Shown here: piece by piece, positions 1 through 10,900 of the stretch
Layout of the letters: each line of letters begins with the position of its first letter
How positions within the stretch are numbered: the first letter of the stretch is position 1
NCBI GenBank assembly: GCA_051294905.1
Contig: CM119371.1
Location: forward strand, 13,766,001-13,830,000
Length of the DNA: 64,000 nucleotides
Direction: 5' to 3'
Source of the DNA: Botryllus schlosseri
Lineage: Eukaryota
Position numbers and translations under genes: made by a program
Notes under the pieces: generated by a model
Database searches by the model: none
Told to the model about the DNA's origin: nothing
Seen by the model: the letters and a program-made list of their open reading frames with translations, nothing else

Positions 1-336
1 CTCACCGAATTTGGCTCGCATATGACGACGGAGAGCCAATTGAAATTTCTGAATTCATTAAAAAAATTTGAATTTTTCAAATTTCACTGTCTACCCCGTG
101 AAATTGCTGAGCAGTGAACAAAACGATGCAAAACAGATTTGACTCGATTCCAACCCGTAGAAGCGAAGTTATTTAGATTTTCTTTCAAAATTCTGGGATT
201 TTCCACTTCTATGCTATTTTTGCAAATTCAAAACTTTCAACTGCAATAACTTGGCTTCTCCGGGAAAAGTTGTTTTTGAGCAACCCTACTACACACACAT
301 GTCCCCGGCGTAAATGAACACAAAGCTCGTGTAGAT

Positions 337-403
337 CAGTGGTTCTCAACCGCCGGTCCGCGGACCGGTGCCGGTCCGCGACGACCTTTCTGCCGGTCCG
401 CGA
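337..403 (+). mobile_element. 5' end of a hAT (Charlie/MER1-like) non-autonomous DNA transposon, truncated
   Basis: Begins CAGTGGTTCTCAACC, followed by three CCGGTCCGCG subterminal motifs. It is preceded by GTGTAGAT, which fits the Charlie-type 8-bp target with central TA. No matching 3' TIR was found. Confidence 0.65.
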
Positions 404-1475
404 GGTATATTAGGAAAATATATCTTAATTTCAATATGCAAGGTGTTGAAGGCTTGTCCATTGGTAAAATAAATAAAATTTCAAGTTTTAAACTGATGCA
501 GAACTTCATGAGGTAAGATCAGGCCCTGAAACATGTTCGATTTGACTTAAAGTCCAAGCTGTCTCTAGTGACGACATTTGACCGACCCGGTAAGTACGAC
601 CTGACTCGCTAAACCGCGCAATAGGCCTTTTGCAGGACTTCGATCACGTGACTAGATACGCGTAGCAACAACAAATTGGTTAGCAAGCTACTTTCTCGCG
701 CACCTGCTTCAGGGCTAAATTTCGCATAGTGTACTGTCGATTTCTGGTTGTAAACGTTTCGGAAATTTGTTGTAGAAGTCATCAGAGATTCACCTATGCT
801 AGATGTCAATCCTGTACAAAGCACATAGAATGATATCGTCAGAATTACGCATAAATCCGTCGTTAACGTAGACGTATTTCGGATACAGTATATTATCGTT
901 TTCGGGCTGTAAACGTTCGCAAGTGTCATGGAGATGCGCAAGGATTCAAATATGTTGGATGTCTTTGATTCATGAACTATGTAAACTCCTTGCGTCAAAA
1001 TGATCGACATTGTAGCCGTTATTTGGTAGTCAACTATGATTTTATGACACAAAATTCGACATTGCAGGACATTGACTGCGTGATATTTATTGCAGCATTA
1101 AGTTAGGTGTGGATAGTATACTATAGTTGTATTGTAGCGGTAGTTGGTAATCATTGCAGCATTTTGATGATTGATATCGATTGCAATATATATAGGATAC
1201 TGCTATTTTTAAGCATAAGAGACAATGACTGCCAGTGCCAGTACGTTGATGTGTTATGAATTCATGCAATGTGCTACATACCATAAATATATTAAATATC
1301 CTAAGCTATTGTATGACTTCTCAGTTAAACAATTAAAAATATTTAGACCTCTACACCTATATTACAAGTTATTGATCATTATGTCATGCTGCCAAGTGCC
1401 ACTACCCGAAGGAAAATGATCATCAGCTCCAATTGAGGGTGAAACGGTAATCTTATAGCTGGCGACCACAGCTCA

Positions 1476-1610
1476 AAATTTATTTAAACCGGTCTCAATC
1501 GAAAGATATTTTCACACTGATTCCGAAAATATAAATTAAAATCTGGTCAGGGCACTGGAACCCCCCTAAAATCGACCTCAAAGTTCGAAATTTCCATTGT
1601 TCTGAACAAT
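1476..1610 (+). mobile_element. Fragment of the foldback/MITE family also present at 3471-4061 and 60504-60858
   Basis: Shares ATCGAAAG-N10-ACTGATTCCGAAAATATAAA, CTGGAACCCCC and CATTGTTCTGAACAAT with the other copies. Only one arm is present. Confidence 0.65.
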
Positions 1611-2204
1611 AGGGGCGCCTGAGCTGAATGGTCGATTAACGCCTCGTACTCATTGTGACGCCATTGAGCGTCTCGGCGAAGTCGAGCCGTGTTCTCCGTG
1701 ACTCTCGGAGTATTTAGCGTCGTATGAAGCCGAATATTATCACCACATAAAATCTGGTCATGCGGTGGAAGGCAGCGTGGTTTCATGCCAACAGAAAATG
1801 TCAGCAGATGATCTGACCACTGACTAACTGTCCTGAACTTCTTTCCCGATGTTGATGTCTGCTTTGAAAATGATATTTTATTTCTGTACAGCAAGACAAG
1901 CGCTCTTCCGTGGATGCTATGAATATGTCTAGACAAGTGGCTATGGAGGTAGAGGAAAATACATAGGCATAACAGTCTCGGCAGTTATTGAACTTGATAA
2001 GGTTAACATCCATTTTTCTTCAACTATTTCTTATGCTCTGGGTATCGAATGCACAAAAATTAATAAATCGATCTTTTTTGCAAGTTTATTTGTAAATTCA
2101 ATGAATCAAAGAATATCATAAGTTCAGAATATTACCGAGTCAATGCGAAAGAAACAATGTTAGTCGTCTTTAGAGGATGTTTCTGAGTTGGTTGAGCCAA
2201 TACA

Positions 2205-2701
2205 CAGAGGGGGTCAGCAACGAAGTACTATTTTACCTGAGTACTAGCGTCATTATGAGTTTAGGCTACTATCACTTCTACTTGACACTTTTAAGGTAGT
2301 ACTTTTTTGTCAGGTTTGGGATTTTGTCAACTAGAAAGTAGCTTTGGCGCATGATTGCATCCCCTTCAAGCGTGAGGTTGTCATAACAACTGGGCAAAAT
2401 AGCCCCAGTACCACGGTAACTAAATTAATTTTTGAAAATTGCACTTATTTGTGGTGTCATCACCCTTTTGCGTTGATCAAGAAGATGCAACATCCAATGT
2501 TTACAGTTGTCACATGGCATCAATTTCTAAAACTAAGTGACCCTCAACCAAATCTACTTCATGTAACGAAATTCTTGACCGCTTTTCAGAAATTCATTTC
2601 TACTTCCACTTGAAGTACTTTGGACATGTTCTGGAAGTAATTAGTGCTACTTGTACTGGAGTATAAATTAAGGCATTACTTCTACTCGGTTCCCAACAAT
2701 G
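2205..2701. mobile_element. Possible degenerate hAT-type non-autonomous element nested in the TIR element
   Basis: Clusters of TACT/AGTA motifs (AAGTACT, CTACTTG, TACTTCTACT) near both ends and a CAG.../...CCCAACAATG terminus. The TIRs match poorly and there is no TSD. Confidence 0.3.
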
Positions 2702-3470
2702 ACCACGTTGACCACGTGTGGGTATAGGATGACCGATCTTGTCACTGCGTTTGAGCTGCTCTAAGAGTTATATGATAGTTACTTCCCTTAGTTCGCTAAA
2801 TATCGCACCTATGTGACATCAACTATTTATCAAAATCGAGTGTGATTTGCCAAATCCACTTCAATCGCAGTTGCGAAGTAGTGGTAATAAAATTGGCATT
2901 GTATAAGGCAACAATAAAGTGCACTGATTTGCTTAGTCTTGACGGCAGGTTCTCCCAAAATATACTTCCGATGTGTTCAGCGACATTTGTTTTATAGCAG
3001 CACGCCAGCACCCAAACCAGCAGACAGTATATCCTGATCCTTGCGGGTCCCGGCTGCTTCAGCCATATCTTCCATCCAAAATCAGGCTCCACAACAGACA
3101 AATAGTACTGCTTGAACTAACAAATACTCTTACCAGAATATAAGCCAATCGCTATACTTCAAATGCATAAATTTAAGTACATATGATCAGAGTTGAGTAC
3201 CGTAATACAACTACGTTACCGATGGATTTCTGCGTAATTCTGACGATATCATTCTAAATGCTTTGTACATGATTGACATCTAGCATAGGTGAATCTCTGA
3301 TGACTTCTACAACAAATTTCCGAAACGTTTACAACCAGAAATCAACAGTACACTATGCGATATTTAGCACTGAAGCAGGTGCGCGAGAAAGTAGCTTGCT
3401 AACCAATTTGTTGTTGCTATGCGTATCTAGTCACGTGATCGAAGTCCTGCAAAAGGCCTATTCGTACGAT

Positions 3471-4061
3471 TATCGAAATTAAACATGGAACGGCAACAAC
3501 CGATATTGCAGCTTCGTTCCGCTTCGCCGAGGCTGGAGTGGAGAGTTGTTTTGCGTAAGCGACTGTAGGAATTCTGGCAATCCAAAACCTATCTTCCCGA
3601 GCGCAGAAATTACTGAATTTGGTCTTGATCGAAAGTTACTATTGCACCGATTCCGAAAATATAAAATAAAATAATGATCATGCATTGATCCACCTAGAAT
3701 CCGTCCTCCAAGTCTGAAATATCGGCATTGTTCGAACAATCGGAGAGTCGCAATAGATCATTGTTATGGCCATTGTGTTGCAGTTACCCGATTGTTCTGA
3801 ACAATGCCGATATTTCAGACTTGGAGGACAGATTCTAGGTGGATCAGGGCCTGGTCATTATTTTAATTTATATTTTCGGAATCGGTGCAACAGTAGCTTT
3901 CGATCAAGACAAAATTCAGTAATTTCTGCGCTCGGGAAGATAGGTTTTGGATTGCCAGAAATCCTGCAGTCGCTTACGCAAAACAACTCTCCACTCCAGC
4001 CTCGGCGAAGCGGAACGAAGCTGCAAAATCGGTCGTTGCCGTTCCATGTTTAATTTCTATA
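3471..4061. mobile_element. 591-bp palindromic (foldback) MITE with 7-bp target site duplication GTACGAT
   Basis: Arms 3471-3743 and 3788-4061 are near-perfect reverse complements with a ~44-bp spacer. GTACGAT lies immediately outside both ends (3464-3470 and 4062-4068). Confidence 0.9.
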
Positions 4062-4410
4062 GTACGATCATTCGTTTTCGATTCATTAATTTTGTGGATG
4101 GCCAGGTATCGCTGCTGCCAGGTGTTTTCGTGCGGCGCATTGTACTCGTAGTAGACAAGATAGCTCAAACAAGTTGCTTGGTCCTACTCCAAAAAGCTTC
4201 ATCTCTAGATATTGTCGAAGAGAAGAATATTATTTGGGTTGGCGCGGTCGGTTATTCCACGGCCGTCGGCGCGAAATTAGCCTATGTTAATCTGGGCAAT
4301 TCAATTTTACATCGAATCAGCACTCAGTAGACACTACCGTCAAATCATATGAATACCATCATGAACGTATTTAATTACGAACAAAATCCTCATAAGGTCA
4401 CTCTCTAGTA

Positions 4411-4573
4411 CAGGCGTGGCCAACCTGCCGCCAGAGAAGGGAATTTGTGCGGCCGTGGACACGTAATTCAATTAGTATGTGTCGGCGGCCGTCGACATGA
4501 AAATTGAATTTAAAAATTGACCATTAAATTTTTGAGATATTTTAATTTATCTTGAAAACAATCGCCACCCTTG
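4411..4573 (+). mobile_element. Degenerate hAT (Charlie-like) MITE
   Basis: Starts CAGGCGTGGCCAACCTG after CTCTAGTA (Charlie-type target) and has two internal GCGGCCGT-GACA motifs. The candidate 3' TIR ATCGCCACCCTTG matches 9/13. The TSD is not repeated. Confidence 0.5.
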
Positions 4574-4934
4574 ACGTGATTCAATGCGACTTCATTTGGA
4601 TTTTATTTAAGTAGGAGCGCCCTTTGCAATCCGAGGCCCTCAGTACGGACAAGTGGGGAGCGGATCGACAAATTCTCTCGTCCTACTCCGATCCTGTTTT
4701 TAAAGCTCTGGTCCGGTTCCGGTCCGACTCCTAGGCCGGATTCTAGAAATGACCACGGTCCGATTGAGAAACTACGATACTGATTATCTACTCACAGGGT
4801 GGTATTGAATATTGACTGAAATAATGCAAACCTGACATTAAAAACTCAAAGATGATCAAACCCAACCCTTATCTGAAGTAAATATGCCAACTTGGACTTA
4901 GCATGTGGTTTATTTTCATGAATGTTACACTTAA

Positions 4935-7900
4935 ACAGTTACAACTCTGCTACCAGATTGTAGCAATTCAAAAGTTACACCGAATGAGCCTATCGGCGTA
5001 TTCCTGGCTATTGTAGTTTAGGAGATATTGGCAGATTTAGCCATTTTGGGGGGTATGGAAATTTATGAAAAGTTCAATTCCACCAAGATTTCTCTATTTT
5101 CCCGAGGGCCTACAGTTACAACTCTGCTACCAGATTGTAGCAATTCAAAAGTTACATCGAATGAGCCTATCGGCGTATTCCTGGCTATTGTAGTTTAGGA
5201 GATATTGGCAGATTTAGCCATTTTGGGGGGTATGAAAATTTATGAAAAGTTCAATTCCACCAAGATTTCTCTATGTTCCCGAGGGCCTACAGTTACAACT
5301 CTGCTACCAGATTGTAGCAATTCAAAAGTTACATCGAATAAGCCTATCGGCGTATTCCTGGCTATTGTAGTTTAGGAGATATTGGCAGATTTAGCCATTT
5401 TGGGGGGTATGAAAATTTATGAAAAGTTCAATTCCACCAAGATTTCTCTATGTTCCCGAGGGCCTACAGTTACAACTCTGCTACCAGATTGTAGCAATTC
5501 AAAAGTTACATCGAATGAGCCTATCGGCGTGTTCCTGGCTATTGTAGTTTAGGAGATATTGGCAGATTTAGCCATTTTGGGGGGTATGAAAATTTATGAA
5601 AAGTTCAATTCCACCAAGATTTCTCTATGTTCCCGAGGGCCTACAGTTACAGCTCTGCTACCAGATTGTAGCAATTCAAAAGTTACATCGAATGAGCCTA
5701 TCGGCGTATTCCTGGCTATTGTAGTTTAGGAGATATTGGCAGATTTAGCCATTTTGGGGGGTATGAAAATTTATGAAAAGTTCAATTCCACCAAGATTTC
5801 TCTATGTTCCCGAGGGCCTACAGTTACAACTCTGCTACCAGATTGTAGCAATTCAAAAGTTACATCGAATGAGCCTATCGGCGTATTCCTGGCTATTGTA
5901 GTTTAGGAGATATAGGCAGATTTAGCCATTTTGGGGGGTATGAAAATTTATGAAAAGTTCAATTCCACCAAGATTTCTCTATGTTCCCGAGGGCCTACAG
6001 TTACAACTCTGCTACCAGATTGTAGCAATTCAAAAGTTACATCGAATGAGCCTATCGGCGTATTCCTGGCTATTGTAGTTTAGGAGATATTGGCAGATTT
6101 AGCCATTTTGGGGGGTATGAAAATTTATGAAAAGTTCAATTCCACCAAGATTTCTCTATGTTCCCGAGGGCCTACAGTTACAACTCTGCTACCAGATTGT
6201 AGCAATTCAAAAGTTACATCGAATGAGCCTATCGGCGTATTCCTGGCTATTGTAGTTTAGGAGATATTGGCAGATTTAGCCATTTTGGGGGGTATGAAAA
6301 TTTATGAAAAGTTCAATTCCACCAAGATTTCTCTATGTTCCCGAGGGCCTACAGTTACAACTCTGCTACCAGATTGTAGCAATTCAAAAGTTACATCGAA
6401 TGAGCCTATCGGCGTATTCCTGGCTATTGTAGTTTAGGAGATATTGGCAGATTTAGCCATTTTGGGGGGTATGGAAATTTATGAAAAGTTCAATTCCACC
6501 AAGATTTCTCTATGTTCCCGAGGGCCTACAGTTACAACTCTGCTACCAGATTGTAGCAATTCAAAAGTTACATCGAATGAGCCTATCGCCGTATTCCTGG
6601 CTATTGTAGTTTAGGAGATATTGGCAGATTTAGCCATTTTGGGGGGTATGAAAATTTATGAAAAGTTCAATTCCACCAAGATTTCTCTATGTTCCCGAGG
6701 GCCTACAGTTACAACTCTGCTACCAGATTGTAGCAATTCAAAAGTTACATCGAATGAGCCTATCGGCGTATTCCTGGCTATTGTAGTTTAGGAGATATTG
6801 GCAGATTTAGCCATTTTGGGGGGCATGAAAATTTATGAAAAGTTCTATTCCACCAAGATTTCTCTATGTTCCCGAGGGCCTACAGTTACAACTCTGCTAC
6901 CAGATTGTAGCAATTCAAAAGTTACATCGAATGAGCCTATCGGCGTATTCCTGGCTATTGTAGTTTAGGAGATATTGGCAGATTTAGCCATTTTGGGGGG
7001 TATGAAAATTTATGAAAAGTTCAATTCCACCAAGATTTCTCTATGTTCCCGAGGGCCTACAGTTACAACTCTGCTACCAGATTGTACCAATTCAAAAGTT
7101 ACATCGAATGAGCCTATCAGCGTATTCCTGGCTATTGTAGTTCAGGAGATATTGGCAGATTTAGCCATTTTGGGGGGTATGAAAATTTATGAAAAGTTCA
7201 ATTCCACCAAGATTTCTCTATGTTCCCGAGGGCCTACAGTTACAACTCTGCTACCAGATTGTAGCAGTTCAAAAGTTACATCGAATGAGCCTATCGGCGT
7301 ATTCCTGGCTATTGTAGTTTTGGAGATATTGGCAGATTTAGCCATTTTGGGGGGTATGAAAATTTATGAAAAGTTCAATTCCACCAAGATTTCTCTATGT
7401 TCCCGAGGGCCTACAGTTACAACTCTGCTACCAGATTGTTGCAATTCAAAAGTTACATCGAATGAGCTTATCGGCGTATTCCTGGCTATTGTAGTTTAGG
7501 AGATATTGGCAGATTTAGCCATTTTGGGGGGTATGAAAATTTATGAAAAGTTCAATTCCACCAAGATTTCTCTATGTTCCCGAGGGCCTACAGTTACAAC
7601 TCTGCTACCAGATTGTAGCAATTCAAAAGTTACATCGAATGAGCCTATCGGCGTATTCCTGGCTATTGTAGTTTAGGAGATATTGGCAGATTTAGCCATT
7701 TTGGGGGGTATGAAAATTTATGAAAAGTTCAATTCCACCAAGATTTCTCTATGTTCCCGAGGGCCTACAGTTACAACTCTGCTACCAGATTGTAGCAATT
7801 CAAAAGTTACATCGAATGAGCCTATCGGCGTATTCCTGGCTATTGTAGTTTAGGAGATATTGGCAGATTTAGCCATTTTGGGGGGTATGGAAATTTATGA

Positions 7901-10900
7901 AAAGTTCAATTCCACCAAGATTTCTCTATTTTCCCGAGGGCCTACAGTTACAACTCTGCTACCAGATTGTAGCAATTCAAAAGTTACATCGAATGAGCCT
8001 AACGGCGTATTCCTGGCTATTGTAGTTTAGGAGATATTGGCAGATTTAGCCATTTTGGGGGGTATGAAAATTTATGAAAAGTTCAATTCCACCAAGATTT
8101 CTCTATGTTCCCGAGGGCCTACAGTTACAACTCTGCTACCAGATTGTAGCAATTCAAAAGTTACATCGAATAAGCCTATCGGCGTATTCCTGGCTATTGT
8201 AGTTTAGGAGATATTGGCAGATTTAGCCATTTTGGGGGGTATGAAAATTTATGAAAAGTTCAATTCCACCAAGATTTCTCTATGTTCCCGAGGGCCTACA
8301 GTTACAACTCTGCTACCAGATTGTAGCAATTCAAAAGTTACATCGAATGAGCCTATCGGCGTGTTCCTGGCTATTGTAGTTTAGGAGATATTGGCAGATT
8401 TAGCCATTTTGGGGGTATGAAAATTTATGAAAAGTTCAATTCCACCAAGATTTCTCTATGTTCCCGAGGGCCTACAGTTACAGCTCTGCTACCAGATTGT
8501 AGCAATTCAAAAGTTACATCGAATGAGCCTATCGGCGTATTCCTGGCTATTGTAGTTTAGGAGATATTGGCAGATTTAGCCATTTTGGGGGGTATGAAAA
8601 TTTATGAAAAGTTCAATTCCACCAAGATTTCTCTATGTTCCCGAGGGCCTACAGTTACAACTCTGCTACCAGATTGTAGCAATTCAAAAGTTACATCGAA
8701 TGAGCCTATCGGCGTATTCCTGGCTATTGTAGTTTAGGAGATATAGGCAGATTTAGCCATTTTGGGGGGTATGAAAATTTATGAAAAGTTTAATTCCACC
8801 AAGATTTCTCTATGTTCCCGAGGGCCTACAGTTACAACTCTGCTACCAGATTGTAGCAATTCAAAAGTTACATCGAATGAGCCTATCGGCGTATTCCTGG
8901 CTATTGTAGTTTAGGAGATATTGGCAGATTTAGCCATTTTGGGGGGTATGAAAATTTATGAAAAGTTCAATTCCACCACGATTTCTCTATGTTCCCGAGG
9001 GCCTACAGTTACAACTCTGCTACCAGATTGTAGCAATTTAAAAGTTACATCGAATGAGCCTATCGGCGTATTCCTGGCTATTGTAGTTTAGGAGATATTG
9101 GCAGATTTAGCCATTTTGGAAGTATGAAAATTTATGAAAAGTTCAATTCCACCAAGATTTCTCTATGTTCCCGAGGGCCTACAGTTACAACTCTGCTACC
9201 AGATTGTAGCAATTCAAAAGTTACATCGAATGAGCCTATCGGCGTATTCCTGGCTATTGTAGTTTAGGAGATATTGGCAGATTTAGCCATTTTGGGGGGT
9301 ATGGAAATTTATGAAAAGTTCAATTCCACCAAGATTTCTCTATGTTCCCGAGGGCCTACAGTTACAACTCTGCTACCAGATTGTAGCAATTCAAAAGTTA
9401 CATCGAATGAGCCTATCGCCGTATTCCTGGCTATTGTAGTTTAGGAGATATTGGCAGATTTAGCCATTTTGGGGGGTATGAAAATTTATGAAAAGTTCAA
9501 TTCCACCAAGATTTCTCTATGTTCCCGAGGGCCTACAGTTACAACTCTGCTACCAGATTGTAGCAATTCAAAAGTTACATCGAATGAGCCTATCGGCGTA
9601 TTCCTGGCTATTGTAGTTTAGGAGATATTGGCAGATTTAGCCATTTTGGGGGGCATGAAAATTTATGAAAAGTTCTATTCCACCAAGATTTCTCTATGTT
9701 CCCGAGGGCCTACAGTTACAACTCTGCTACCAGATTGTAGCAATTCAAAAGTTACATCGAATGAGCCTATCGGCGTATTCCTGGCTATTGTAGTTTAGGA
9801 GATATTGGCAGATTTAGCCATTTTGGGGGGTATGAAAATTTATGAAAAGTTCAATTCCACCAAGATTTCTCTATGTTCCCGAGGGCCTACAGTTACAACT
9901 CTGCTACCAGATTGTACCAATTCAAAAGTTACATCGAATGAGCCTATCAGCGTATTCCTGGCTATTGTAGTTCAGGAGATATTGGCAGATTTAGCCATTT
10001 TGGGGGGTATGAAAATTTATGAAAAGTTCAATTCCACCAAGATTTCTCTATGTTCCCGAGGGCCTACAGTTACAACTCTGCTACCAGATTGTAGCAGTTC
10101 AAAAGTTACATCGAATGAGCCTATCGGCGTATTCCTGGCTATTGTAGTTTTGGAGATATTGGCAGATTTAGCCATTTTGGGGGGTATGAAAATTTATGAA
10201 AAGTTCAATTCCACCAAGATTTCTCTATGTTCCCGAGGGCCTACAGTTACAACTCTGCTACCAGATTGTTGCAATTCAAAAGTTACATCGAATGAGCTTA
10301 TCGGCGTATTCCTGGCTATTGTAGTTTAGGAGATATTGGCAGATTTAGCCATTTTGGGGGGTATGAAAATTTATGAAAAGTTCAATTCCACCAAGATTTC
10401 TCTATGTTCCCGAGAGCCTACAGTTACAACTCTGCTACCAGATTGTAGCAATTCAAAAGTTACATCGAATGAGCCTATCGGCGTATTCCTGGCTATTGTA
10501 GTTTAGGAGATATTGGCAGATTTAGCCATTTTGGGGGGTATGAAAATTTATGAAAAGTTCAATTCCACCAAGATTTCTCTATGTTCCCGAGGGCCTACAG
10601 TTACAACTCTGCTACCAGATTGTAGCAATTCAAAAGTTACATCGAATGAGCCTATCGCCGTATTCCTGGCTATTGTAGTTTAGGAGATATTGGCAGATTT
10701 AGCCATTTTGGGGGGTATGAAAATTTATGAAAAGTTCAATTCCACCAAGATTTCTCTATGTTCCCGAGGGCCTACAGTTACAACTCTGCTACCAGATTGT
10801 AGCAATTCAAAAGTTACATCGAATGAGCCTATCGGCGTATTCCTGGCTATTGTAGTTTAGGAGATATTGGCAGATTTAGCCATTTTGGGGGGCATGAAAA

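Larger units (their letters stand above)
620..3462. mobile_element. Non-autonomous DNA transposon with 263-bp terminal inverted repeats (620-882 / 3200-3462)
   Basis: AATAGGCCTTTTGCAGGACTTCGATCACGTGAC... at 620 is reverse-complemented at 3200-3462, with about 13 mismatches in 263 bp by hand count. ORFs 609..1052(-) and 3273..3482(+) therefore share a peptide. No transposase ORF and no clear TSD. Confidence 0.85.

Noticed and set aside
609..4330. Short ORFs in the left flank as genes
   Set aside because: They overlap inverted-repeat arms, are duplicated by those repeats, and show no recognisable domains.
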